From: Rhynchobatus australiae
Taxonomy: Eukaryota
Assembly: GCA_034780895.1 (NCBI GenBank)
Contig: JAUZTB010000076.1
Span: 33,467,675-33,531,674 of the forward strand
Length of the DNA: 64,000 nt
Direction: 5' to 3'
Part shown: piece by piece, positions 1 through 13,025 of the stretch
Position numbering within the stretch: the first letter of the stretch is position 1
Layout of the letters: each line of letters opens with the position of its first letter
Made by a program: the position numbers and the translations under genes
The notes under the pieces: generated by a model
The model's input: the letters and a program-made list of their open reading frames with translations, nothing else
Databases searched by the model: none
Told to the model about the DNA's origin: nothing

Positions 1-1143
1 TTATATTCCCTTGCTACATTTCACAGTAAATTTCTATCTCAGGGCTCTCTAATTCAGTGTGGCGCATTGGTAATGACCTGAACGGTAGCTGTTTCACACA
101 TACATATTTAATTACAGCAGCTGAACAAATTACATATTTATGCTTTATAAAGAAGATTGTCATTCTAATTCATTTGCTATGCATGCAGGTACAAGACTCC
201 CATCTGTGACTGCATCTGCGCAACAAGAGGGTTTGATGGGATAACATGCTGTCAGCAGAAGCATTGAAACTTGTACTAAATGGTCATTCCCCAGTCTGAT
301 GAAACTTTTGGTATCTTAAAAGGAATTCTTCTTAATTCTGAGTACTATTTCTCAGTTTCATATAGATAAGGTGGAATCAGTATCTGGCTGGACTATACCC
401 TCTGCAATGATAATAACACATAACATAAATTTCTCCATTATTATTTGCTGATAATGTCAAGAAATATTTAATATTGGTCTTTATATCTTTGTATCAATAA
501 TCTCACTAAATATAATTGACAACTACCACATACACAGACAAGTAAATAAATACAAATCCATCTTGTAAACAATAATACAGACCAATTAATCATTTATGCT
601 GTGTAAATTAACCTTGGAATTTCAAATAGTTACTCTAAACTGCAAACTTTTCTCCAGCAGCTTGGTATAAAATTACTGTGTTTAATTACTTATTGTTATA
701 CCTTAACTTTTTTTTCTTATGTGTCCCCTCTTCTCTCTCATGTCCACACTATACCCATTCCTACACATTCCTTTTCTTCTCAAGATGCAGACATATTGGG
801 CAATGATTGTAGTATCACTGCCAAGTGTCCTGTCTGTGAAATAATTCCCTGATGGCTATTATATTAATCATCCCAGGCTTTCCATTATCCATTGAAGAAG
901 CAATGCCAGTGGTTGATGACTATTGTGCATACCACCTCTCTCAAGAGCCAATCATGTCATACATTTCAATGAACAACAAAAAGAGTTAAGACCGGGGATT
1001 TCGCCAATGATGAAGAATTACACTAATGCACAAGTACCAAGTAGCTTTCTTGTTTAGTGAAAGACATTGCGGACTCTGTGAAATATTTAAATAATTAGCA
1101 ACACCTAAAGTCTACTCAGGTTAAATAGAGATAAACAATAATG

Positions 1144-1381
1144 AACATAAGAAAGCAAAACTAGACTATTCTGCTCCTCATGCCTGTTCCCCCATTGAAT
1201 AAGATGGTTGTTAATTGTTTACCTCAGCACCACTTTTCAATACTAATCCCAAGTTCCTTGCTTCACTCAATATCCAAAAAAATCTATTGATCTTTGCCTT
1301 GAATATATTCAGCAACTGAACCTCCACAGTTCTCTTGGATGCAGAATTCAAAAGATTCACTATCCTCTGGGTGAAAAAATT
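1144..1381 (-). mobile_element. CR1 (HER1-like) LINE 3' end, degraded
   Basis: Antisense to the elasmobranch CR1 3' terminus: AACATAAGAA...CCTGTTCCCCCATTGAATAAGATGG...CAGAATTCAAAAGATTCACTATCCTCTGGGTGAAAAAATT. Visibly similar to the copies at 10.7 kb and 30.2 kb. Confidence 0.8.
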
Positions 1382-2689
1382 AAATGAACAGCAATTTGAT
1401 GAAAAATAAACATTGACACAACAGGGAGATGAATAAATAGGAAATCAATAAAGCAGAGGAAAATTTCAAATTAACATTACAAAGATGATTAATACATCTT
1501 TTGCTATGTCTGTTGAAACTGGCATATACAGCAGCCACTCTTACAGAAAAAGTAACTGCATTTATACCACCACTATATTGCATCTTCCGATGTTAGATTG
1601 CATCATTATCTGAAAGTGAACTCTCCTTATTTAAGTGTTGCTCACCTGATTGTTATTCTTAAATTCTGATTCCACAAACAAATTTACACAACTATAAAGA
1701 CATTTTTTCTCTTGTATAATAAATACCAATTTATCCTCCACTGATAGACTGTATATTCACTTGCCTGGTTGCAAATTTTTATCCTGTTAGGAAAATGTAA
1801 ACAGAGAATGGTTGATTTGCCTCTTGTTGAATTCACTCCTCCCTGAGGGTTAAATGATGCAGATCTTCAACGGAAGCACAAAGTCAAAACCCAAAGTTAA
1901 TTCAGCTATAATTGGGTCTATAATTTAACTTTACTGCATATTTAAGATTTGCTAGGTAAATTGGTTTACATGCAAGCTTTTAATCTCACTGAATGCCACC
2001 TATGCCAATAGCAAAAAAAAATCTATTATCTTGTGCTTCCCAAAGTTTACGCAGTGAAACAAACAAATTAGTTCAGGCTATTGCAGTGGCAAGAATCAAT
2101 GTAATTAGGGTTTAATTAGAGCTATCAACAGCTCCCATAATCTGTTGGGCTACTGCTAAAACAGACAGACAAGCAATACAAGAGCTGATACGTAAATGAT
2201 CAGGAGAACAGCTGGCCTTGCTTGTAAAGTACTTAAAACCTAAGGTTGTACATGTTTTTATGAGATAACAATCTTAACTGGTTAAATTTGGCTCATCTTA
2301 AATTATTCAATTTGGTAGCTGGCATGGAAGCTGCTGTGCCATCAAAGAAAGATTGTCGCTCTGGTTCTCTCTGTTGCTCCTTCACAAAGTGACGTTTTCT
2401 AATAGGAATTTCTGTAATTGTGACTAGCACCGTAAATTAGATATGGCTCAAACTGTTAAGGGTAGCACCAACTTTCTTGTCACTTTCTCCAGATTGCTCT
2501 GGTGCAATTACAGGTATATTCTTGTGCGATGGTACCATTAAATAATCTTCATCTAAAACTATCTGGTGCATACCTTTATTTGAAGGAATTCTACACCTCA
2601 AAATGAACAACCATAAGGACCAAGCAAATTAAAAGTAGTTCTTAAATATTAGCAGCATTTCATTGTATCTAAAATAATTTTAGTCATTA

Positions 2690-3110
2690 AATTCATGATC
2701 TTAGGACATCTTAAACTGCTCTCCAGCAGATGAAGCACTTTTTTTTTGAAGTGTTGCCATTGTTTTAAGAATCACAGCAACCAATTTGTCCACAACAAGG
2801 ACACACACATAGCAAGGTCATAACAACCAGGTAATCAGATTTTTAAAGACATTATAGTCATGCAGAGCTAAACATTGGGTAGTGCAAGTGTTAGTACACT
2901 CAGTCTTTTCTTCAAAATGGTGCATACGGGGCATTTGTATTCATCAGAGAGGATAGATGGGTTTTCTGTGCAATATCTCATTTTAGGGTCAACACTTCAT
3001 TTCATACAACTGTCCCCCGGCCTAAATATCAGCTTCAATTCATGATCAAGTTTCTAGAATAGACTTGAATACTTAATTTTGTGATTCATGGACAGCCAAG
3101 TTATCCGCCA
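2690..3110 (-). mobile_element. DeuSINE (SacSINE1-like) SINE, old copy
   Basis: CATGATCTTAGGACATCTTAAACTGCT...GAAGCACTTTT...GAAGTGT...CAGCAACCAATTTGTCCACAACAAGG...ACCAGGTAATCAG matches the recalled antisense Deu domain. The antisense tRNA-like head AGACTTGAA is near 3060. Shares motifs with the copy at 7760. Confidence 0.65.
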
Positions 3111-3368
3111 AGAAATAGCAAAATGACACAATCAAACTTTGAAAAGAAACTAGAGTGGCAGAATGCAGACCAATAATTGAAGAGCCTTCCCCAATGCCCG
3201 TGTTTGTGTCATAAAAACGAATGGAGACATATTTTTCAGAAATTTAGGCTACATTTTGAAGGAATGCAGTCTGTCATTCCAGAGTGTGCTAGATGAAAAA
3301 TGACATTATCCCTGCATCTCCTCCCAACTGCTCTACCCCTCCGTAATGGATCTGCCAAAGTTACACAA

Positions 3369-3412
3369 TAGAGGGAGAGAGGGAGAGAGGGGGAGAGGGA
3401 GAGGGAGAGAGA
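3369..3412. repeat. GA-rich microsatellite
   Basis: AGAGGGAGAGAGGGAGAGAGGGGGAGAGGGAGAGGGAGAGAGA read directly. Confidence 0.9.
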
Positions 3413-4209
3413 ATATTTTCATTGACCTCCTGTGCTATTATGAACACATTTCCCGCTACATTCACTCCCGCACCAAGCACAGGGAAATTCTAGCAGCAAT
3501 CCGCTCTTCTTAGGCAGCAGAAAACATCATGGTGACCCTCTTCAACTCATCTCTCACTTCCAGATAATTATTAAGCTCTGACCCATTCACCTCCCCTGCT
3601 TTCCTCAAGACTGCCACATACCATCTTACTCAGCGTACAATAATGCATCAGATGAGACCAAGCTGGAGGTGTATCATCAGATGAGACTCAGTGTAAGGCG
3701 TCATCATCCTGATATCATTGGGTTTTCATAGGCAGCAACATGTTGCAGAAATTCCACAAGATCCATTCTATTCAGGCCTTAATTTTCTCCCACCTAATTT
3801 TATTGGACTTCAAGGAAATTCACAGACATGTAATTTACAAAGGGTTAATACCAGTTCACTCACTGCAAACCTCAACAGAAGGGTAATCATGGTGTACCGT
3901 TAAAGGAAAAAAAAATCAACACTAATAATATCTAAATTTTTCAATTGGTATTAGCTTAGATGCTGCCAGTAAGGCATTTATTATGAATGAGTTACCACAA
4001 GTGCTAAGATAACATTGTACTACACTATCTTGCTCTTAGAGTCAGTTCAGGCTCAGTTAACAGTATTTTCACCTGCTTCAAAGGATTGGGCAACATTTCA
4101 GATTCGAGCACTCAGTATAGATTGCAGTACCATGTAAATGCTGTGTTATCTACACATTCCAATAACTTGAGTGATTATGAACCAAAATAAAATGGGGTTT
4201 TCTCCTAAT

Positions 4210-4420
4210 TTCCTGGTCAACAGTGCTCCCTGAGTCAACACCACCATAAAAACAGATTAATTGAAGAACCACATAATCACTATTTGTGAGATACTATTGT
4301 AGACAAAACAAATGCTGTGTTTAATGATATAATAATAGGAAATGCATTTCAAAGTAACTTACTGCATAGGGAAACACTTCATGATATTGCTGGGAGATGC
4401 AATAAATACAACTTTTTTCT
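4210..4420 (+). mobile_element. DeuSINE 3' half, degraded
   Basis: TCCTGGTCAACA...CAACACCACCATAAAAACAGATTA...CACATAATCACTATTTGTGAGATACTATTGT...GCATTTCAAAGTAACTT...GATGCAATAAATACAACTTTTT is the reverse complement of motifs in the 2.7 and 7.8 kb copies. Confidence 0.55.
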
Positions 4421-4842
4421 ATCTTGTAACAATGTCCTGTTCAATGAAAGCTAATTTTGCCAACCAAGGTGATGGACACATACAGTAGAGCTGACCCCAG
4501 AATTTCTGTTCACATAAACCTCAAGTGGAGTAATGCCGGGATGCTGAAGTAATAAGAGTTGACTAAAAGCAGATTCCATGATATTCCAATTCTAATTTTG
4601 CAAATGAGTTCCCCTGGTCAAATTAACTGCAGAATGTGGCTTGCAAATAATGCCAGGTTGTTGGGAAAAAACAAAGCCCCCAAGTTTTCTGACACATTAG
4701 TGCACAATAATGGGGAATAATTTCAAGAGTTGTGAGCACCAGCTGAATGTAATTGATGCTGATTGAAACGAAGCCAACACCTCTTTGAGGAAAGTCAATC
4801 CCTGACTGCAGCCACAGGTGGATGTCATTGCACAGTAAAGAT

Positions 4843-4892
4843 TCATACAGCATAGAAACAGTCCATTCAGCCCAATGAATCCACATTGACCA
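4843..4892 (-). mobile_element. CR1/HE1 3' tail fragment
   Basis: CATACAGCATAGAAACAGTCCATTCAGCCCAATGAATCC is antisense to the tail at 37085-37120 (GTGGGCAAGAGCCTGTTCCTGTGCTGTATG). Confidence 0.65.
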
Positions 4893-7759
4893 GTTTAGGG
4901 AACATTCAGGTTTACAATGCTGAGGCAGGTGTCAGAGGAGGCACCCACTTTCACACAAACCACTGGAAATCAATACTGCAGCATGGGAGCCAGGAATGGT
5001 CTGGAGGTTAGATGCCACTGCAGCTGACTCCCGCTCCACCACTGAATTCAGCAACAAATCCAGGCAAGGAGCATACATATCCTGAGTTGAGGAACCAGAT
5101 ACATTTCATCTGGGGCCCCTCAACTTTCTTAGTGTGAACCCACTAATTCGAATGGGGTTGCTGAATGGATCAAAATGATTATGGCTGTTTTTTTTTGAAA
5201 AATGATTTCTATTAATGCTTTTAATCGAGTTGTATTAGTTGATTTACTTTTCAAATTTTAAAATGTTTTAGTGTATTTCAACTATTTGGAACTTTTCTGA
5301 TTACCAGAGACACACAAAAATAGTTGAAAAGCTCTCTGCCACCACAAACTGTCAGAAGAATAAGAGGCCAGTTATGGATCACCCTGCTTCATAGAATGAC
5401 GGTGGTAGTGAGATATGGAGCTCAATTTCTCCCACAGACCCACAAAGTGGTAATGTGGTCACAGAGGTTGCACAGGGGACACATATAGGATGTGGGCTGG
5501 GTGAAGCATGGTCTGGCCCAACGTAATAAATGGATCTGCTCAGGTCTTGTAAAATTCTGAATCAGAATGGAACCTTGAAATCTTTGCAAAATCTACCCCC
5601 TCCCCATCCCCCAATTTAATTTCCTTACAGTAGTTTTGAGCCAAGTTTCATGTTTCAACCAATCAAGCATTTAGCCTTCTTACAGGGCAATTAGCTACTG
5701 CATGGCAGTAATTATAGTATCCTTAATTGCTTGTGGTGGGCAGCTCTACAATGTCCTCCTTTAAGAAAGGCAAGGATCCCGACATTAAAACTCAGTTGTT
5801 AGACAAGATTGTATCAACAGGACTTTTCAGTAGCTAGGATCATCGATTTGAGGGGTGGGGAATGTTAGTTGGGGATGCAATTGAGATATAATTCATGTAT
5901 TGAATTTTTTTGGTTAATATTTGCAAATTATTACCTGCAAATACAAACAAATACATAAGACTTGATGTTACCCATCAGCAAAGTGAAATTTTGTACTTTA
6001 AAACTCCTGCAGGAGGTAGTCTCTGCTGTCTTGAAAGTTATGTGGGGAAAATGTCTTGTCCTTGGATAATGATTTCTCTTCGGGAATACAAGACACTAGA
6101 ACTAGAGAAAAATTATAAGTTTTTTCTTTGTAGATCATTAATGCAGCCTCTCAATTATACACCAGCCCTTTGGTCTTCAAAGTCACTCAGAACATTTTAC
6201 CGAAGTCATTTTTGTGTCAAACGTGACAGTACAAAAGATGAAGAGCATTATAGGTTGAAAAAAAATATATACAAGACAGCGATCAATGGATTTAATTATT
6301 TACAATGTAGTTTTTGAAAAATGAATAAGACGAAGAAATGCAAGTCGTCAGATTGAACTGTGAGAGATGTCAACAGTGATATGAGACACATGCTAATTAC
6401 AAATTGCCTGTCTCTTTCTCTTTGCGTTTCAACGAAGTCCGTCTAACAGCTGAGTGAACTCAGTTCACTAGTCTGGCTGCTCTGGGGACCCTGTAATGCA
6501 GGCATTGATCTTTACTAATTCAGAGTGTACTGTACTAAGCTTTCCTCAAAAAGGTACAATGAGAGCTTTCAATTTTTAACCTGGTGACGTCTTTCATAGA
6601 CTAATGCAGAGACTGCAATTTTTTTTCACTCTGCATATTAAGAAATCATATAATGACAGCTCTTTCAGCCTGGCTGGAAGCCTTGTGTGATATATATTAT
6701 CTCTTGGCACTTATTTCAATCACCTTGATTTTTAAGTACAAGTGAAAAGAGACTGTCAGTCACCTCTTATGAGCAAAATACTTAATAATTCTACAGCATT
6801 TGCACTCATGACCAAAACATCTGGTCAAGCAAACCCACAAGCTATTTATTTCCTAAGAGTATAACAAAAACCAACACTTAAAACCACACCCTCTCTTGGC
6901 CCAAACCTATTAAGGGAACATATACTTGTCCATAACTTGAGGTTGATCTCAGATAATTATCTCACGACCTTTTGTGCTAAAATACAGCAAATATATTTTA
7001 ACTTGGTAAATTACATTTTACTACAAGAACACCTAATACCCAAAACAATTTTGAAACCAATTATACAGTTAAAAAATGATTTTAAAGTTTTCTACCAAGC
7101 CAACAAAACATTGAATTTTAATTGGACAAAAATATATTTTGCTCTCCCTCTAAAAAACATAACTAAATCACCACAAAAACATTGGATTTTATGTCATAGG
7201 CCTCAAGGTTCTCTTGAAAATTGGGGAAAGGTGAATCCAGAAATAAACCAATAGCTGTACTATTCTATGAATGTTGAATACCCAAGCTTGTGACATTAGT
7301 TCAACTGCACACTCTACTCAATCCAGAGTGTTGCTGTCATCCCACCTGTAATCTAGTCATAAATCATTGCCAAATGTCAGAAATGAATTGCAGTTTGATT
7401 ATTGGTTACTGTGAACCAACCCCCACATTGTCCTCCCCCTGCCCTTTTGATTTTCCCTCAAGAATTTTTTTAAAGGCAAAATTGCTTAAATTCATAGCTT
7501 ACTTTCTGTTCTCTAAAGTTATGACAAGGCTCCATACAAAGCAGACGGTTAACACCACAAGACTTTGAATAATTTTATTAAGACTTAGAAAATGCAAAAA
7601 AAAATTGACATTATTTATTTACACCAATTACTGCTGGTGAAATGGATTTGTACACATTTATCTCTTGGCCATTATCAATACAAACATTCAAAGACATCAT
7701 CAAATGGCATGTACAATTAGCAACTCATGTTTTAACTGCTAACATATGTAATGTTAAGG

Positions 7760-8102
7760 AAGAAACAACTGGCATTTATAACATGTTTTTTTTTCCATTT
7801 GTCCCAAGGTGCCTTGCAATGAATACAGTAATTTTCAAAAGTAATTACTGTTGTAATGCAAGAAAAATGGCGGCCAATTTGTACGCAGCAAGGTTTCACG
7901 AAGTAGTGAAATAAATGACTGGATTATCTGTTTTCAGTGTGGGCCAAAGGATAAATGTTGGCCAAAATGTCAGGAAAACTCCATTCTTCTTTGAATAGCA
8001 CTACAAGCTTTTAGGTCACCTGTTTAATGTGTCATCAGAGGGATATCTGATAATGCAGCACATGTTTGTGACTTAAGAGGTGAAGTTTTATCACTGGGCT
8101 CA
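7760..8102 (-). mobile_element. DeuSINE (SacSINE1-like) SINE with internal deletion
   Basis: ACTGGCATTTATAACATG...GTCCCAAGGTGCCTT...ACTGTTGTAATGCAAGAAAAATGGCGGCCAATTTGTACGCAGCAAGG...AAATGACTGGATTATCTGTTTT...GGATAAATGTTGGCCA closely resembles the antisense Deu domain. Confidence 0.8.
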
Positions 8103-8559
8103 GACCCAAAAGTGCTGAGAAAGGAAGATATCACAGAGATAAAGGAATTGTAACAGACTGATTGCTCATCATGCATAATCACTATTAAACCAGAACCAAC
8201 AAAGCAAACAGAGGAGAGAACTATAAATCCAAAATAATAGATGTGAACTGGAGAAAGCCATACTCAAACTAACTAGTGATTGTGAAAAATATCAGTGGAG
8301 TCAGGCACAGATTGTCATGTATTGGTGTATACTAACTCTGAACATTCTTGTATATGGTTTCATTCCATTTCTCTCATATTCAGTTTTGTGCAGTTCCAGA
8401 GTATGTGGTAAAGCCTCATAATATCTGCAATTCCAATGTAATTATGATGACTGGAACATGTCAGAAATATCTGTTTTTACATCTACCCAGCATACTATTA
8501 TGATCATGATCTGTTATCCCTCTTCATGATTTTTCACCCTTCTACAGTCCACCTCTGAG

Positions 8560-9250
8560 GTCTCTCTTCTGTTGTCCAGCTTAATGTGAATGTTGCTCAG
8601 TTCCATTCTTAACAAATATTTGCAGACTGAAGATCTCTAGCAATGGTTTCCTTTTTCACCTCCTCAATTACCTCCAGAGTCTTCCACTGACTCAGCCTTG
8701 AACTCCTTTTCTTTATCTATATGCAGTGCTTTGGTAGTGCCATCTGCAAGCATGACGTCAGCTGATGATAATCACCCTACCTCTTTATTACTAATGTTAA
8801 CTCCATCACTATCTCCATGCTTTCAAAATGCTTGTCTGATATCTAGTATCGTCTACTTAAAGACTTGATAAGATTAAAGTTATCATCTTTAATTCTTGCC
8901 ACAAGCACTGTACATTTATCACTGATTCCAACCCTCTGTTCATGTATTAAGTTAGCTGGGCAAAATTATTTGGAACTGTGTCTTATTCTGTCTGAAGCAG
9001 ACCTTCGAACACCATACTCTCTTCAAACCAAACTGCCCTCTACCAATTATTTATCTCCTCTGCCTATTAATCTCTCCATTGTTCTTTAAATTCCTTCCTG
9101 AAGCTCATATTTTAATCTAACGTTTTCTTCTTCAGCTATATTTCACCTCCATGTTGTGTTAATTGCTATCTTCTATATAATCACTACTAAAACTTTTTTT
9201 TTGATTACACCAACATTAAAGGTGCTGCATAATTGCAAGTTATTATTGCA
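8560..9250 (+). mobile_element. L2-clade LINE remnant (RT fragment plus 3' tail)
   Basis: CTCAGCCTTGAACTCCTTTTCTTTATCTATATGC...GCCATCTGCAAGCATGACGTCAGCTGATGAT resembles a decayed 'LGPLLFLIYM...IRKHGV...ADD' RT segment. It ends AAAGGTGCTGCATAATTGCAAGTTATTATTG, like an L2 tail. Confidence 0.6.
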
Positions 9251-10732
9251 ATGATCACCTCAGATAGAATCAGTCTCTTCAAGGAGTCTCAAGAGACCGC
9301 CACCTTTAGCAAACTGTGGCGTACCAGAAATGATAATCATTCTGTTTTCCACACCAAAAAATAAATTAGACAAGATACTTTACTAACCTATTATAAGTCT
9401 ATGATTTGTGGAAAATACACAAGCAGGAGCAGTTCAAGTTTGCTTGCGGGTATGCCGAGTTGCAGCAATGTTCCAAATAATTAGTTGGTGCAAAAAAGAA
9501 AGTTACTCAAAGTACTAAGTATTGTAATTATAAGTCTGAATTTCAATTACCATATTGTGTGTTTTGTGGTGTCAATAGGAGTGCTGAACGGTCAACTAGT
9601 AGCAGCACATGTTCTGTTAAGTAAGGGAAAATTGGTCGGTTTTTCAAAAATAAGGAAAGTGGTTTGTTTTTTTTATTTCAAAGAAACTGTGCAGAGACCA
9701 CAGTTTGCAGTTGTCTTTCCCTATTGTGGCTTAGGAGTCATAATTCAAACCATACTGAGCTGTAAACTGCCACGTTTCCAAGCTCAGCATTCCTGTCTAA
9801 TCTCCACACTGCCATATACTGTTCCATATGCAGTGTTAGGTGTAAGGTCTTCATTTAGGGAAATCATTCCCTGTGGGCAGTACTCAGATACAATGCAGAA
9901 AGCAGACTTTGTGGCAGCTGAGATGATTAGACCTGACCCTGCTTGAAAATGCTCTGTACAGTACTTCCATCTCAAAAGAAATTTGATCACTTACTACACT
10001 ATATACTGCTTAAGCCTGACTACTGGCAGTCACGCAACCACTTATATACTACTCACATCACATGCAAAAGGAAATCCATATTCATTTTGAAATCTAGTGT
10101 GTTAATTGTCCATTTCTATGTATCTCTCTATTAACCCAAGCTCACCAGATTGCTCCAAGATACATGGTAAGTTGAATATTAACTCTTTAATTAGCATAAG
10201 CCCTGAAACTCTTCAAGGTAAATCTAGAATCATATTCAAGAACTCCTGTTTTTGTTTAAAAAGNNNNNNNNNNNNNNNNNNNNNNNNNNNNNNNNNNNNN
10301 NNNNNNNNNNATTAGTCTTAAGATAGTGAATACCTGAATTTACCATCATAAAGGAACAACATGCTCGTAGCAAATGAATTTTAGATTTCGATGGCATTTA
10401 GTTCCAATTATTAATGGCTTTTTATGACCCCATTTTGAGAGGTGTAACTGTATAATTCCATCATATTATGCTCTAAACTTGGAATGTGAAACTGCTTGGT
10501 TACGTATTCACTACAAAGACCCTATGTGCAAATGTTCAAGATTAACTCTTCATGTTTAATCTATTCAACAAATAGCTTCAACCTGACAGCATATTTGTAG
10601 ATCCACAGCTTCATGGGCCTCAGATACAGTCAATCCCATAAAAGTCAAATCATTTACACTTTGGAGTGCAGATGAACGAGGGAGACCTGCATATCTGATA
10701 TTGTCTATATATATCAGTAGAATTTACTGAGC

Positions 10733-10950
10733 ATAACAACACAATAAATGGGAGCAGTTGTAGGCCAAATCACCCCTCGAGTCTGATCGGTGGTCTTAAC
10801 TCCACTGTCCTGCTCAATCCCTATAAACCTGGATTCCCTGTAATTGAAAAAAATCTATTTCAGTTTTGCATATTGGAAAACGATTCAGCATCCACTGCTG
10901 TCTGAGCAGAGAATTCAAAAGATTCACAAACCCATGAGAGAAAGAGTATC
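10733..10950 (-). mobile_element. CR1 LINE 3' end, degraded
   Basis: GGGAGCAGTTGTAGGCCAAATCACCCCTCGAGTCTG...CAGCATCCACTGCTGTCTGAGCAGAGAATTCAAAAGATTCACAAACC; homologous to 1144-1381. Confidence 0.8.
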
Positions 10951-12204
10951 TTTTGCCTGTCTAGGTAAAAAGTTGTAGCCCCCAAACCAAACTTTACACT
11001 GGGGTTCATGAAGGCGATAGCTGCTTCTGTCCAAAGTAATCCAAACCTCACTGAAATCAAGGGAATTGTAATCATTGATTATATTACTCATTTAATGAAG
11101 TAAAATTTGATGAATGTAAAAACACCTGAAGGGAGCTAGGATAGAATCGAAAGTGGAAACAGTCATGGATCCAATAATTTACTTTAGCCTCTCTTAAGTA
11201 TGCCAGTCACCCTCCCTAACAATATTAGTCCCTTCATTCTATATTTCTTATCTCTTTCTTGTGCCACAATCTTCTATACTGGAGTTAACTCAGATTTTCA
11301 GTGATTTATTTTGTATAAGCACATGAAAATGCCCAACCAATGTAATCCAGGTGCAGATATCCTGTGAGTGGATAACATGAGAAGCGGCAACTGACAGGAA
11401 ACAATCTATTCTGCAGCAGTATTTGCATTGTAGTCTTGCTTCAATGCTGTCTATCCATAGAATTAGCTAGCAAAGAGCAAATACAAGAAACACATGCTAT
11501 TCTATGGTAACCATCCCAAATATAAATTTCTCTGAATTCAAAAACTTTTATTGATCTGGAGTAAGTGATAAAATAATAACCAGATAACTGCTGGGTAAAG
11601 AATTAGAACTGTGTACCTCATGCACTCTCCAGCTACTCTGGGTTCTAAACAGAACCCATGAAGTTCAGCTGTGCAATGATTTCTGATTATCTTCTTGGCT
11701 ATTCTTAAATCACCTACTAATGTATTTAAATCATCTTTGTGTGGACATGGTATCAGTTTAAACCAGCTGTATTTAATGTGTGTTTGGTAAAACACTGTGG
11801 CTATCTAAGCTAACTTTACTTTTGGAATCTCTGCTGCTCCTCTCCACCGTAATCTAGGTGCATCAAGAGAATTGCATGTTCTGCCTATAGTAAACATTAA
11901 ATAAAGGTAAAACTTTAATGAACATTTTACACATCATATTAAAGATTTTGCAAGTTTGTTAAATTGACAGTGAATGAAAACTAATGATTGCAATGTTCTT
12001 TAATCCAATCAGATCCTAGGACAAGAAGCCATTGCCCTTCAATCGTATTCTCACATAATCTCCGCACTGGATCTTTGACAAAAGCAAAAGGATCGAATTC
12101 AACCAAAGCAAATTATGTGATGCAGATAGAATGTGCCAGTTTCCAGCTGAAATAACCAATTTGAATATTTTATATGAATAATTGCCTCTTTTTGTCATTC
12201 TACA

Positions 12205-12460
12205 CATCTCCAGACTCTATCCCCATCACTTTCCATGTATGACACTTAACAACTAAAGACACTTCCGTCAGTCCCCAAAGCTCTGGACACACCCATCACT
12301 CTTCACAGTTCCATGTGCTTTCTGTCATTCTCCACTGCTCCTGTCACTCCTCAAGTCACTCCCTACAGTAATAAAAATGCCAATCAGTCACTAAAGCTCC
12401 CTACTTTACATGTCACTCTTCACAGCTCCATATTTTTCATGTCACTCTTCAGGCTCTGTT
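12205..12460. repeat. Degenerate minisatellite-like array (core TGTCACTCTTCACAGCTCC)
   Basis: Recurrent CATCACT/GTCACT units: CCATCACTCTTCACAGTTCC, CTGTCACTCCTC, ATGTCACTCTTCACAGCTCC, ATGTCACTCTTCAGGCTC. Confidence 0.55.
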
Positions 12461-12509
12461 CCTAAAATTGGTAAATTTACCCTAAAGTCCTTACACCCTA
12501 AAGTCTTTC

Positions 12510-13025
12510 CACTATTTACAAAGTACAAGTCAAATACGCTCTGTTTGCTTAAGTGAGTGCAGCTCTACCAACATGTGAAACATTTGATGCCATCCAGGAC
12601 CAAGCAGCCTGCTTGACTGATAACCCATCCACCACCTAAACATTCATTTTCTCCATCACGGATGCACTGTGTACCATTTATAAATTGTACAGCCATCACT
12701 CACCTTGACTGCTCCAAAGATACCTGTCAAATCCACAAACCCTTTCACAAAGAAATGCAAATGCTTCAGGTGCATTGGTACATCACCACCTGCATAATTC
12801 CCCTCTAAGGCACATACAATCCTGATTTGGAAATATATCACCATGTTCTCATCACTGGCTATAAATCCTGGAATTCCCTATCCAACAGCACTGTGGGAGC
12901 ACCTTCGCCAAAAGGACTCCCGTGGTTCAAAGTGGTTTCTCACCACCACCTTCTCAAAGGCATTTAGGGATGGGCATTAAATATTCACTTTACCAGTAAT
13001 GACTACATCTCAAAAAATGAATAAA
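12510..13025 (+). mobile_element. CR1-group LINE 3' end (second family, distinct from HER1)
   Basis: Decayed ORF2 C-terminus GAGTGCAGCTCT...CATCCAGGACCAAGCAGCCTGCTTG ('SAA...IQDQAACL'). The 3' tail is CACCACCACCTTCTCAAAGGCATTTAGGGATGGGCATTAAAT...AATGAATAAA. Aligns by eye with 53957-54120. Confidence 0.75.
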
